IMG/VR virus record: IMGVR_UViG_3300025889_000073
Span: 107,729-171,728 of that record
DNA: 64,000 nt
From: a virus
Direction: 5' to 3' (one strand)
This document shows positions 1-11,400 of this stretch, piece after piece; position 1 is the first letter of the stretch, and the number at the start of each line of letters is the position of its first letter. Below the pieces are notes generated by a model. It saw nothing but the letters and a program-made list of their open reading frames with translations, had not been told where the DNA came from and ran no database searches. The translations under genes and the position numbers were made by a program.

Positions 1-2
1 TA

Positions 3-3000
3 GCTACTGTTGATTTTAACTCGGCAGAACAGAAAACAAAAACACTTGTTACTGCCAATACAACAGTTGTTGGACCAGGAACTTCTTATTCTGTAGGAGG
101 TTCAACTGTTTATCCTGACGATGGACAAATAGCAATACCCACACCAAATAAAATTCCAGGAAGTTCAGACAGTTTGTATACATCTGATATTTTTAAATTG
201 GAAGGAAAATTTCAAGAAGAATATGGATATTTTTCCACAATTACAGGCGGAATTACAAAACGCAGTTCATTTAGAGTTATCGATTCTTTAAATATATCTA
301 ATCCAGTTTCAAATGCAGATTTGTCTGACACTTCTAAAGACATTACAGATAGATATATTTTAAATGATGGTCAAAGAGATGAATATTATGACCACGGTTC
401 AATTACATTGAGACCTGGTTTTCCTCCACCAACAGGACAAATATTGGTATTATTTAATTATTTTGACCACGGTAGTGGTACAACAGGTTATTTTAATTTA
501 GATTCCTATAATCAAAACACTTCTTTAGATTCAGTAGAATCAGTAAGATACGCTAAGATTCCTTTGTTTAGAAGTCCAACTTCAGGAAAAACATACAAGT
601 TAAGAGATTGTATTGATTTTAGACCTAGAAGAACAGATAGAGACACAAGTATACCTAATTTCGAATTGACTGGTATATCTATACCCAAGTCTGGTGAATC
701 TTTGGATTGTGATTATTCTTATTATTTACCTAGAATAGACAGAATCGTTATTCGAGATGATTTGAAATTTGATGTTATTAGAGGAATACCTGCTATAACT
801 CCTCAAACACCAAACGAGCCACCAAACGCAATGACATTGTATACGTTGAGTGTTTTTCCATTTACATTTTTTCCAACAGTTGATACTCAAGTTAAATATG
901 TCGAAAATAAACGATATACGATGCGTGACATTGGTAAGTTAGAAAAGCGTATTAGTAATTTGGAATATTATACATCTTTAAATACTTTAGAAAAATCTAC
1001 TCAAGACTTAACGGTTTTGGATAGTAACGGATTAGAAAGATTTAAAAATGGTATTTTAGTTGATGCTTTTAGAGGACACCAAGTTGGTGACGTTACTAAT
1101 TTAGATTACAAATGTTCAATTAATGCTAAAGGTGGAGAATTAAGGCCTTCGTTTACACAAAAGGGTTATAATTTTCAAGTCAATACTTCAATAAGTACTG
1201 TAACGACACATTCTGGTGTTATTTCTTCACCAGCTTACACAATTCAACCTTTAATAGAACAGAATATAGCCTCAAAGAGTTTATCTGTTAATCCTTTCAC
1301 ACTCAATAATTATATTGGCACAATTAAATTTTGGCCTGCTGGAGATTTTTGGATTGATACAGAGACTAGGCCAGATGTTTTAATTAATTTAGATGGCGAA
1401 AATGATGCTTGGGAAGCAATTGGTGCTGCATTTGAAGATTTACGGCCAGCTGGTTTTGAACAGAATTGGGATCCTTGGAGTGCAAATTTTGCTGGTAAAT
1501 ATCAAGAAGACACCGTAACTACAACACAAGATTATTCAGAAGGTTATTTAGATTATCAAGACACAATTGAAACTACTTATGGTATTCAATATTATTCTAG
1601 AGAAAGAACTGGTACACAAAACACTATTGTTCCCGAAAGAGTATATGCTGATATTGGTAGAAGGCAAGTAGATTTGAGTGTCATACCTTATATTAGAGAA
1701 CAATACATTTACGCTAAAGTTACTGGATTAAAACCTAACATTTATCATTACATTTATGGTGAACAAGGTGATGATGATGACACAAAATATTTTGAACATC
1801 CTTCGGTTGCTTGGTTATATGATGTTAATGGTATTTTTAATGATAAGTATGGAATTTTTGAAGAAGTGACATCCAGTAGTGGAGGAACGGCAAGGGTCAT
1901 GAAAGCTTCAACAAGAAGTTGGTCATTGGAAAGTCCATTCATATATCTTTCTGATGTTAGAGGTGATTGGAATCTAAATGACACAATTACTGGTTCTGTT
2001 AGTGGAAGTACTGCAAAAATTGATGTTATGTTTTGGAATAATGGTAACGTCATTTCTTCTGGTGCTAACACATTAGAGATGGGTTCAGGTGCTCCATACG
2101 ATGACCTTTATGTTGATGTTCCAGCCGAATATGCAGGATTAACATTCAATTCTGGTTCCAAAACTTTAGAAGATGCAAAAACCGTTAATGAATTTTATAA
2201 CGTAAGAATTATTTCGGGTACAGGTATTGGTCAACAAAGAACAATTACTGCATATAATGGAACAACAAAAGTTGCGACATTAGATTCCAATTGGGATGTT
2301 CAACCTGATAGCACTTCTAGATGGTCGGTCGGTAGATTGCAATCGGATGACCACGGTGAATGCCACGGCAGATGGTTTTTACCAAATTATTCACCCACAA
2401 CATATGATAACGGTAGACGATATTTAACAGGAACTAGATTAATCAGATTCACAGATTCTTATTTAAATAATCCTTTAGCTTGTTCATCTATGGCAGAAGA
2501 AAATTGGATTGCTCAAGGTGTTTTGAATACTGTTGAAAATGTAACAGTTTCTGTTCGTGTACCAACAATTGTACCTGTGCAAATTTATGACCTGGAAGAA
2601 AATTATACATACGAATCTTCGGTTGTTGATACTGAAGTTGTGGGTACAGTTTTAGTTAAAGATCGTACTCCGCCGCCTCCATCAGCAGGTAGTGGATGTA
2701 AAATTATCTGTGCTCAAATGTCCGATTTAGGATTTTTCTCGCCTGAAATCAATGATGCGGACCAAAGATTTGGCAGAAGATTACAAAGAAGATTTCCAAG
2801 AATTTATAATGGATACGTTTATTGGGCAAAAACTATTGTTGATTGGAACAAAGGAAAAGGTCCAAATCTGTATCTTTGGGACATGAAAGATAATGGTGAA
2901 ATGCAAAAAAATATTTCTTTGTATATGACACAGGAGTTAGCAAGACCTTGGTCGCAAGAAATGGCCAAATTGGAAGGAGTTAAAACAAACACCTCGATTA

Positions 3001-3209
3001 CAGGTAAATTTATATTCTGGTTTGGTTTCTTAATCTCTGCTCTTGTCGGTTTATTTAAGCCTGATATAACAAAATCGGATTCTAAACTAAAAGGTTATAC
3101 AATTTTGACCATTATGTTGACAATGTTTACCGCAATTAAATTTGTCAAGTTAATCGGTAAACCATTTGGTTTTTTAAAAAATTTAAAACAAAAATTAATT
3201 AGGAATTAA
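3..3209 (+). CDS. VrlC/DUF4815-like large virion structural protein, N-terminal part (5' end lies outside the window)
   Basis: The frame is open from base 3. Motifs DGQRDEYYDHG, LRDCIDFRP, YYLPRIDRI, NKRYTMRDIGKLEKRISNLEYYTSLN and RFKNGILVDAF are typical of VrlC-like structural proteins of T4-like environmental phages. It ends in an extra CKIIC domain with hydrophobic helices. Confidence 0.8.
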   Translation, partial: ATVDFNSAEQKTKTLVTANTTVVGPGTSYSVGGSTVYPDDGQIAIPTPNKIPGSSDSLYTSDIFKLEGKFQEEYGYFSTITGGITKRSSFRVIDSLNISNPVSNADLSDTSKDITDRYILNDGQRDEYYDHGSITLRPGFPPPTGQILVLFNYFDHGSGTTGYFNLDSYNQNTSLDSVESVRYAKIPLFRSPTSGKTYKLRDCIDFRPRRTDRDTSIPNFELTGISIPKSGESLDCDYSYYLPRIDRIVIRDDLKFDVIRGIPAITPQTPNEPPNAMTLYTLSVFPFTFFPTVDTQVKYVENKRYTMRDIGKLEKRISNLEYYTSLNTLEKSTQDLTVLDSNGLERFKNGILVDAFRGHQVGDVTNLDYKCSINAKGGELRPSFTQKGYNFQVNTSISTVTTHSGVISSPAYTIQPLIEQNIASKSLSVNPFTLNNYIGTIKFWPAGDFWIDTETRPDVLINLDGENDAWEAIGAAFEDLRPAGFEQNWDPWSANFAGKYQEDTVTTTQDYSEGYLDYQDTIETTYGIQYYSRERTGTQNTIVPERVYADIGRRQVDLSVIPYIREQYIYAKVTGLKPNIYHYIYGEQGDDDDTKYFEHPSVAWLYDVNGIFNDKYGIFEEVTSSSGGTARVMKASTRSWSLESPFIYLSDVRGDWNLNDTITGSVSGSTAKIDVMFWNNGNVISSGANTLEMGSGAPYDDLYVDVPAEYAGLTFNSGSKTLEDAKTVNEFYNVRIISGTGIGQQRTITAYNGTTKVATLDSNWDVQPDSTSRWSVGRLQSDDHGECHGRWFLPNYSPTTYDNGRRYLTGTRLIRFTDSYLNNPLACSSMAEENWIAQGVLNTVENVTVSVRVPTIVPVQIYDLEENYTYESSVVDTEVVGTVLVKDRTPPPPSAGSGCKIICAQMSDLGFFSPEINDADQRFGRRLQRRFPRIYNGYVYWAKTIVDWNKGKGPNLYLWDMKDNGEMQKNISLYMTQELARPWSQEMAKLEGVKTNTSITGKFIFWFGFLISALVGLFKPDITKSDSKLKGYTILTIMLTMFTAIKFVKLIGKPFGFLKNLKQKLIRN

Positions 3210-3210
3210 T

Positions 3211-4746
3211 ATGGCCGGATTTATTGACCCAGTAGCGCAAACATTTTTTGTTGATGCAGGACTTCATCGTAAAGGTGTTTATGTGCATAGTGTTGATTTG
3301 GTGTTTTATAGAAAAGACACCACAACTTATCAACCTTTTAAACTACAATTAAGACCTACAGTTAATGGTTATCCACATTCTTCTATGATACACAGTAGTG
3401 CTTCTTTAGGTGAAGTTTCTTTGTTGCCTGAAGATATTAATATCGTAGATTTGGAGACTACAGTTCCCAATTTGAATAATTCGAATCATTATACTAGATT
3501 TGTATTTGGAGCTCCTGTACACTTATTACCTGGTGAACACGCTATAGTGATGTATACAAATTCAGATAATTATTCGGTGTATGTTTCCGAAATTGGAGAT
3601 GTTAGATTAGGCGATACAACAGGAAGAAGAATTGATAAACAGCCTTATGTTGGTTCTTTTTTCAAATCCCAAAACGGTTCAACGTATACAGCTTCACAAG
3701 AAATTGACTTAATGTTTAGAGTTAATTTTTGTCAATTTTCAAATGTTCAAAAAGTTCTTTATGCTGACAATGTTTTTCCAGAAGCTAATTTAGAATATGA
3801 TATTGTAAAATTAACTTCACGAGATTTAAGTTTTCAAAATACCAGTATAAGTTATTCTTATTTGGGTACATCAAATACAACTTTGACATTAGGTTCCACT
3901 TACGATGATATCATTTTAGAAAAAGATGATTATTTAAATGAACGTAATATAGTATTAAATGACAAGCTTTCATTTCGAATTAAAGCTTTAATGAGTACAG
4001 AAGACCCAGATGTTGCTCCAATTGTTGATGTTGAAGGATTAGGACTCATTTCAACAAAATATCATATCAATGATTGTGGATTGCAAGCGTCTAATTTTTC
4101 CATTACAAATCCTGGTTCTGGTTATTCAGCTAATGTTAATTTAACTATTACAGGTTTAAATGGCCAAGGTTCTGGAGCTGTTGCTAAAGGTGTATACAAT
4201 TCCGTAACAGGAAAAATTGATAGTGTTGAAGTAACCAATCCTGGAAGTGGATATGTTGATGGTATAACAGTAACTCCGGCATCAGGTTCTGCTACGTTTT
4301 ATATTGAATCAGAATTAGATAATAAAGGTGGCCCAGCTTTGGCTAGATACATTACAAGAAATGTAACTTTAAATGATGGTTTTGATGCTAATTATATTAG
4401 AGTTATATTAGATGGTTATCAACCTCAAGACTCTACAATAGAAGTGTATTATAGAGTTTTAGCTGATGAGGATCCAACATTTTTTACAGATAGACCTTAT
4501 GTTAGAATGAGAAATGTTCAACAAGGCAATGAAAATTTATTAAATTCTACAAGAGCTTCTATTCCAGGACAATTTATAGAATATCTGTTTATACCTGAAA
4601 CCGATGACACTTCTTATATTAGTAATCAAAATGGTATTTTATATAATACATTCAAAACATTTTCTATTAAAATTGTTATGAGAACTGCAAATCCTGCTCG
4701 AACTCCTATAATTAAAAACTTGAGAGTATTGGCATTAGCACCATGA
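3211..4746 (+). CDS. VrlC-like structural protein, C-terminal part encoded as a separate gene
   Basis: It begins with DPVAQTFFVD, contains QPYVGSFFKSQNGSTY..SQEIDLMF and ends F.IKIVM....ARTPIIKNLRVLAL. These are the usual C-terminal half of the same family. Confidence 0.8.
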   Translation: MAGFIDPVAQTFFVDAGLHRKGVYVHSVDLVFYRKDTTTYQPFKLQLRPTVNGYPHSSMIHSSASLGEVSLLPEDINIVDLETTVPNLNNSNHYTRFVFGAPVHLLPGEHAIVMYTNSDNYSVYVSEIGDVRLGDTTGRRIDKQPYVGSFFKSQNGSTYTASQEIDLMFRVNFCQFSNVQKVLYADNVFPEANLEYDIVKLTSRDLSFQNTSISYSYLGTSNTTLTLGSTYDDIILEKDDYLNERNIVLNDKLSFRIKALMSTEDPDVAPIVDVEGLGLISTKYHINDCGLQASNFSITNPGSGYSANVNLTITGLNGQGSGAVAKGVYNSVTGKIDSVEVTNPGSGYVDGITVTPASGSATFYIESELDNKGGPALARYITRNVTLNDGFDANYIRVILDGYQPQDSTIEVYYRVLADEDPTFFTDRPYVRMRNVQQGNENLLNSTRASIPGQFIEYLFIPETDDTSYISNQNGILYNTFKTFSIKIVMRTANPARTPIIKNLRVLALAP

Positions 4747-4985
4747 GTACCGTAGATAATACAATTGTTGTACAAACAGAAGATAAAAATCTTTTAAGAG
4801 ATACTAACTCTAAAGGATTGTTGTTTAATAATAAAGCAGAATTGCAAAAATATCAATCTAGAAAAAACTTTATGGCCAGTATTAAACAAGAGAAAATGCA
4901 AGAGAATTCTAGAATACAAAAATTAGAAAATGAAATGAGTGAAATTAAAAACTTACTTCTTCAACTAATAGAAAAAGAGAAATAA
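4743..4985 (+). CDS. small conserved coiled-coil protein following the VrlC-like gene
   Basis: LLRDTNSKGLL and LENEMSEIKNLLLQL patterns; ATGA overlap with the upstream stop. Confidence 0.65.
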   Translation: MSTVDNTIVVQTEDKNLLRDTNSKGLLFNNKAELQKYQSRKNFMASIKQEKMQENSRIQKLENEMSEIKNLLLQLIEKEK

Positions 4986-5315
4986 ATGGCCGGATATTCA
5001 GAACTTACGATAGAACAAGGAGCCACGTTTTCTACTGATATCACAATAAGTGAACCATCAGGAGACCCTATAAATTTGTCTGATTACACAGCTTCTTCTC
5101 AAATGAGAAAATCTTATTATTCAAATACTGCGGTTTCTTTAAACGCAACAGTTTCAAACCCCACTTCTGGAATAGTTACAATTGGATTAACTGCGGCTCA
5201 ATCGGCAAATGTTAATCCAGGAAGATATGTTTATGATGTAATTATTACTCGAAATTCTAATGTTACCAGAGTGGTTGAGGGTATTATAACGGTGTTGCCA
5301 TCAGTAACGAGGTAA
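4986..5315 (+). CDS. small beta-sandwich virion/baseplate-associated protein
   Basis: LTIEQGATF..., SQMRKSYYS, GRYVYDV and TRVVEGIITV.PSVT motifs, common in T4-like structural regions. Confidence 0.7.
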   Translation: MAGYSELTIEQGATFSTDITISEPSGDPINLSDYTASSQMRKSYYSNTAVSLNATVSNPTSGIVTIGLTAAQSANVNPGRYVYDVIITRNSNVTRVVEGIITVLPSVTR

Positions 5316-5318
5316 AAA

Positions 5319-5570
5319 ATGCCTATAAATGTTACAATAAACACGACATCGAACCAACAAGTTCAATTAAAACCGCCTCCGAAGACTCAGGTTACTGTTT
5401 CGAACGCTAGACAACAATATGAACTGAACGATTTAGTTGACGTTGATACGAGTGGTTCCGACAACGGAGAAGTCTTACAGTTCGATTCGGCAAATAATAA
5501 ATACATCATAGCGGAACCAACAAATTTAAACTCAAATAACATTACCAACGTAAATGGCGGTCTTTTTTAA
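5319..5570 (+). CDS. small virion-associated hypothetical protein
   Basis: LNDLVDVD....NGEVLQFDSANNKY fibre-type repeat; C-terminal NGGLF. Confidence 0.55.
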   Translation: MPINVTINTTSNQQVQLKPPPKTQVTVSNARQQYELNDLVDVDTSGSDNGEVLQFDSANNKYIIAEPTNLNSNNITNVNGGLF

Positions 5571-5582
5571 TAGGAAATAAAA

Positions 5583-7214
5583 ATGGCAAACACAGTAATT
5601 CAGTTAAAATGGTCGGAGGTAACAAACACTCCAACAACACTAAATGTCGCTGAACCTGCTTATTCAAATATTTCCAATAAACTGTTTATTGGATTATCAG
5701 ATTCTAGTGTAATTGCCATTGGTGGTAAACATTATACAGACATTATTGATGCGGCTACTGCACAAGACACAGGAGATACCTTAGTTTTAAGGGATGCAGA
5801 TGGTTCTTTTAGTGCAAATATAATTACTGCTAATGGTATTACCGCTAATATAACCGGTTCAGCAGATTCTCTAACAACACCTAGATGGTTTAATATCAAT
5901 GGTGATGTTGACGATTCAAATACAAGTTTTAATGGCACGGCTAATGTTGACATAACCTTAGAATTAAAGAATACTGGTGTTACTGCTGGTGATTATGGTG
6001 GATCTTCAAACATTCCTGTTTTTAATGTCGATGAAGACGGTCGAATTGTTTCTGCTGCCAATGTTAGTATCACAACATCTTTAGGTATTGCGGCTAATAC
6101 TGGAACCGATAGTATTGCTCTTGCTACCGATACACTCACCTTTGAAGGTTTAGATGGTGTTGTTACTGAAATTGATGCTACTGCAAATAAAGTTAAGTTC
6201 AACGTTGACAGTACAGTTATCAGAACATCTGGCGGACAAACAATTGGTGGTGATTTAGCAATTACAGGTAATCTTGTAATTAGTGGTGAAACAATCACAC
6301 AAGATGTATCAACAATAAGAACAGAAGATGCTTTGATAGAAATGGCAGCAAACAATGCTGCTGATGCTGTTGATATTGGTTTCTTTGGTCAATACAATGA
6401 TGGTGTTGACAAATATACAGCTTTCTATCGAGATGCTTCCGATTCTGGCAATTACAAATTATTGGTTAATGGCACAGAAAAACCACTTGCGGCTAATACT
6501 GTAAATGCTACTGCTTTCGCAGTAGGAACTTTGGTTGCAAATATAACTGGAGGAACAGTTTCAGGTTTAACTTCTGACATTTCAGTTTCCGATGGTGGTA
6601 CTGGCGCAAGTTCATTTACTGCTGGTCAAATGCTTGTTGGTGATGGAACAAATGCTCTACAGTCATTAGCTAATACAGGCACCGCAGGAACATATGCTAA
6701 TGCATCACACGTTCCTGTAATTACAACAGACGATTATGGTCGTGTTTCTGGTGTGACGCCCACAGCAATTTCTATTGATGCAGCTGCAATTTCTAGTGGC
6801 ACATTACCGATCAGCCGTGGTGGTACAAACCAAACATCATTTACTTCTGACCAATTAGTAACCTTTGATGGTACATCTTTAGCATCTAGAGCAAATGTAT
6901 CTCAAACAGCTACGGGTTTGTTGGGTGAAGCAAATACAATTACTTCTCTTTCTTTCGATGGTATAACTGGTGGTATTACCGCTTATACTTCAGACTTAAT
7001 ATCAATTGGTGCCGCTCAAGTTACTTCAGGTACTTTAATTGTTGAAAGAGGAGGTACAGGAGCATCTTCGTTTACTGCTAATGGTGTTGTTATTTCTGGA
7101 ACTACTTCAACCAGTGCTCTTAGCACTTTAACTTCATCAACGGAAGGTCATGTTTTACAAATAAATGCGTCAGGATTACCAACATTTGCACATTTGCAAG
7201 GTGGAACATTCTAA
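5583..7214 (+). CDS. tail-fibre-like protein with Mtd-N-like N-terminal domain
   Basis: N-terminus IQLKWS...TPTTLNVAEPAYS...KLFIG. Repeated GGTGASSFT and VD.DGRI/TDDYGRV fibre motifs; C-terminal GGTF. Confidence 0.7.
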   Translation: MANTVIQLKWSEVTNTPTTLNVAEPAYSNISNKLFIGLSDSSVIAIGGKHYTDIIDAATAQDTGDTLVLRDADGSFSANIITANGITANITGSADSLTTPRWFNINGDVDDSNTSFNGTANVDITLELKNTGVTAGDYGGSSNIPVFNVDEDGRIVSAANVSITTSLGIAANTGTDSIALATDTLTFEGLDGVVTEIDATANKVKFNVDSTVIRTSGGQTIGGDLAITGNLVISGETITQDVSTIRTEDALIEMAANNAADAVDIGFFGQYNDGVDKYTAFYRDASDSGNYKLLVNGTEKPLAANTVNATAFAVGTLVANITGGTVSGLTSDISVSDGGTGASSFTAGQMLVGDGTNALQSLANTGTAGTYANASHVPVITTDDYGRVSGVTPTAISIDAAAISSGTLPISRGGTNQTSFTSDQLVTFDGTSLASRANVSQTATGLLGEANTITSLSFDGITGGITAYTSDLISIGAAQVTSGTLIVERGGTGASSFTANGVVISGTTSTSALSTLTSSTEGHVLQINASGLPTFAHLQGGTF

Positions 7215-7237
7215 ATTTAAAATGAAAAGGAAATATT

Positions 7238-7738
7238 ATGAGTGCAGAGTTTTCAAACAAATACCAGGAGATTTTATTTGACAATTTTATATCGATTGTT
7301 AAACAAAATTTAATGTTTCAAACTCAAATACAGTTAACGGAAATTGCTGTAAAAGAGCGTGATGAATTGAAAGAAAAATATGATAAAACTTTAAAAGATT
7401 TTAATGAAGCAAAAAATGAAATTGCTCATTTAAAACCTTTTAAAAATAAAGTAGTTGACAATAATACAAATTTAGAAGACACTAAAAGAATTCAAGGCGC
7501 TTTAAACGATTCAATGAAAAAAATTAATGTCTTAAAAGAACAATTTGAAGAATTGAAAAAGTATACTACTGTTTTAGAATCTTTAATTCCTCCAACAAAA
7601 TTGAAAAAAATAAAACCTGTAGTTGAAAAACAAAAAAGTGAAGTTGTGATAGATACAATTAAAACTCAATCTCAACAACCTCAAGAAGTTTTGGTAGAAA
7701 CACAAGAACCAAAACTTGATAATATAAGTACATTTTAA
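7238..7738 (+). CDS. coiled-coil hypothetical protein (possible fibre assembly factor)
   Basis: Good SD (AAGGA), heptad-rich K/E composition, position between fibre genes. Confidence 0.5.
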   Translation: MSAEFSNKYQEILFDNFISIVKQNLMFQTQIQLTEIAVKERDELKEKYDKTLKDFNEAKNEIAHLKPFKNKVVDNNTNLEDTKRIQGALNDSMKKINVLKEQFEELKKYTTVLESLIPPTKLKKIKPVVEKQKSEVVIDTIKTQSQQPQEVLVETQEPKLDNISTF

Positions 7739-8421
7739 TGTCTAATACAATAATTCAGTTAAAATACTCTACAGAAACAGGAAATGTTCCTGTTGATTTG
7801 GCTAATGGTGAATTAGCTATAAATCATGCTGATGGTAAATTATTTTTCTTAGGTCAAGGCGGTGTTACCTATACAGATATATATTCTGGTCCAGGTGGAT
7901 TAGATACTGAAATCCAATTTAATGATTCGGGTATATTAAATGGTAATTCGGGTTTAACATTTGATAAAACAACAGCAACATTAACTGTTGGAACTACAAA
8001 TGTAACTGGAAGAATAGAAGCTTCTTATACTCATGCAAATGGAGCTTTTGATAAAGCAAATGATGTTGGTACATTTTCTCAATCTGCTTATGATGCGGCC
8101 AATGCAGCACTAGGTGCAACATCAACACCTTTCACAGCAAATAGTTACTATTACAATGGGACAGGTTCGACAAGCGTTTTCTATTCACCTTTAGATGAAA
8201 TTTTATCGGCAAATAATACAATGGTCACACTAGACGGATTGATACAAGTTCCGGGTTTACATTATGTAACATCTGCTAATGCAGTATCTTTTTACTCCAC
8301 ACCAACACTAAATACTGTTATCGAAATCAGAACACTACAAAATTTAGCTTCTGGTGTTGAAGACCAAGTCGGTGCTTCTCAATCAGAATCTATTGCTTAT
8401 GCAATAGCTCTTGGGGGTTAA
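7738..8421 (+). CDS. tail-fibre-like protein with Mtd-N-like domain
   Basis: IQLKYS...VPVDLANGELAINHADGKLF, IQFNDSG...G, VTLDGLIQVP; C-terminal AYAIALG. Confidence 0.65.
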   Translation: MSNTIIQLKYSTETGNVPVDLANGELAINHADGKLFFLGQGGVTYTDIYSGPGGLDTEIQFNDSGILNGNSGLTFDKTTATLTVGTTNVTGRIEASYTHANGAFDKANDVGTFSQSAYDAANAALGATSTPFTANSYYYNGTGSTSVFYSPLDEILSANNTMVTLDGLIQVPGLHYVTSANAVSFYSTPTLNTVIEIRTLQNLASGVEDQVGASQSESIAYAIALGG

Positions 8422-8429
8422 TAGGAAAA

Positions 8430-11400
8430 ATGGCAAAACAACTAATACATGATTATACATTTACACCTTCTGCAAATACGGTTGTAATTAATTCCGTAGT
8501 AAAAGAAGAACGATTATTATTGATTACCAATGTAAATAGTGGCATACCAATTTATTTGTTTAGTGACCCCGCAAAAAAATACAATTCAGTTACCCATGAT
8601 TATGAAGCTGAAACGACAACGGTTGTTTTAGAATACAACTGTACTGCAATGACGGATAGTGACCCATTGCAAATCTTTATCGAATCGGATGCAGCAACAA
8701 TGGAAATGTCTGATACATTTCTTGATGCTGTTTCTAAAATCCGTGTTTCTACTCCAGAAAACTTAATTGATACCGACTTTGAATACGGATTGCAATCAAC
8801 AAAATGGGAAACATTAGAACGTGTCAAAAATATTCCAACATTTTTCAGTAGAACTGGAGATGATAGTTTAGTTATAACGGGAATGACCACTATTTCTGGT
8901 AGTGATGTTGTCACAGTATCTACTGAAGTTGAACATAATTTTGCTAAAGGTTATCCAGTACTTGTTGTAGGTTCAAAAAATATTACTTGTGATGGTGGAT
9001 TTGTAGTTACTAATATTTTGAATTTAAATTCTTTTCAATACAAAGCAAAAGGTATACAAAATTTCACAGGTTCCATTCTAGATACCTATACGCAAGTTTT
9101 TCCAGCAAACAAATACCAAGGCACAGAATTTAAATTAGATAATATTAATTCTATTGTAACTGATGAAGCTGCTGGCGGTTCAAAATTAACAGTTACAACT
9201 GCTTTTCCTACAGCTTTTGCAAATAACACAAGTTTCTTTTTAACAAATAGTGTCAGTACATTAGAAGAAAGAATTGATGCGGCCAATGCTGTTGTTTTTG
9301 ATAATTTTGATTCATTAAGTATTTCGTCATATACATCAAATGTTTCAGGTTCAGTTGTTGGAAGCGCTAAAGGTTTAATAGACGTTGATGATTATATTGC
9401 AAGAGAAGCATTCTATTTTGATATGGCTGATGTTACTTTTAGTGGTTCTCCAAACTATACCTTAACTTTTCCTTACAAACATGGATTTGCTGATAAAACT
9501 TATGTTGTTTGGAATCCTGGCGCTGGTGAAACTTTATATGGAACCGATTCAGGATATTGGAACACAAATTTTGGCGGTGGCCAGATGTGGGCTGGATATG
9601 GTTATGTTCTTAGGAGAGTTGATGATTATACGTTTTGGTTGGAAAGAGGATGGAATAACACAAATCGAATAGCAGTAACACAACCTACAATACCTTCATA
9701 TAACAATAGTACAACTAGAAGTTGTTTTATGAGAGGTTATTGGTTGGAGTATCACGGTTACTTTTACAGTAATTATAGTATTTTTAATGGATATTACGAA
9801 TGGCAAGTCTCCGGCCAAGCAAGTAAAGATCCAGCCTTGACTGTAGGAGGTTCAAACGCTACTCCTTGTGCTTTTTATAACATAAATCCTTATTTTACTC
9901 ACCAATACACTTGGTCTGGAATGAATATTAGTGGTATGGGCACAACCAATGGTTATATTTCCGGTCAATATCTCTATAACCTCCGAGACCCCTATGATAA
10001 TTACTATCGGTATTCTCCTTTTATCTATTATCCTTATGGATATATCCGTCAAGGATCCTATCTTCAAAATGGATTTTATCAATATCGATACTATTATACT
10101 TGGTCGGCTGCATCCGGATCCAGTCCAGTAACTTTTGGTGCTGGGAGTCCTTATTTTATTATGGTTCCATTAGTATTAAATACAAACAGAAATACTTTTT
10201 ATTTGGAAAACCATGGTTTGTCAACAGATGACCAGGTTAAAATGTCATATAGTGTTTCTGGATTAAGTCCAATTCAAAATAGAGTTAGTATCGTAACAAA
10301 CAATACTGAATATCCAATAGAATATGTTGACACAAATAGATTTAGATTAAAAAGTGATACAGGTACAATACTTCAACTTCAATCTCCAGGTTCAAACGGA
10401 ACATTTACTTTTACATCTAATGTTGCAAATACATTATCTGACACAATTTATATACAAAATAGTTTATTAAGTGATAATACAGCTGTTATCTATAATGCAA
10501 ATGGAAATTCTGATTTAGGAGGACTGTCAAACAATTCAACTTACTATGTTTTCCAAAAACAAAACAATAGATTTAGATTGACTTCTACAGAAGGTGGTTT
10601 GGTTGGAAGTCCCTTAACAGTTTATCACAGCAGTTCAAATTATTCATTTGATTATATTTACACAGGTACTCATGGAAAAACTTCTGCAAATAATGGAGAT
10701 TTAGCAATATATACAGCTACAACTCCAATTGGCGGTTTAAAAAATGGAAATTATTATTATGTAAGATACTATGATACAACTAGATTTACGTTGCACAGGT
10801 CTTATGCTGGTGCTGTAAACAATACAGACAAAATTAACTTAGCATATCCTTTTACTGGTACTGGTCAATTACAATTTACATCAGTTGTTGATTTTTCTGC
10901 CGCAGGTACAGGAGAACATTTATTAACTGCAACAGAATTTGGTGCTGCAGATGGTGTTTATAAAATAACAAATGATGTTTCTTCAAATACATTTGAGTTA
11001 TTAACAAATTCCACAATTAAATCTAGAGATTATCAATTAGCAATTAGTACACTTGGTATGATTCCAGAGTTTAATGCAATTCGAGTTCCAGGCCATGGTT
11101 TCACACAAAAAACTCTTATTACATATGAAACAACAGGAACAGCAATAAATGGTTTAAACAATGCAGCTTCCTATTATACATACGTTTTAGGTCCAGATTG
11201 GTTCTCACTTGCAAATACTGTTTCTGATATTGATACTGGTAATATAGTTCAATTTGATACTTCTGGTGCTAGTGGAACACATAGAATTTATACGAATTCT
11301 GTTTCTGGTGAAAAAGCTGGAAAAGGAACCATAACTGTATCAGCAACAGAAAAAGTGATTACTGGAACAAACACAAACTTCACTTCAGTATTTACTTCAG

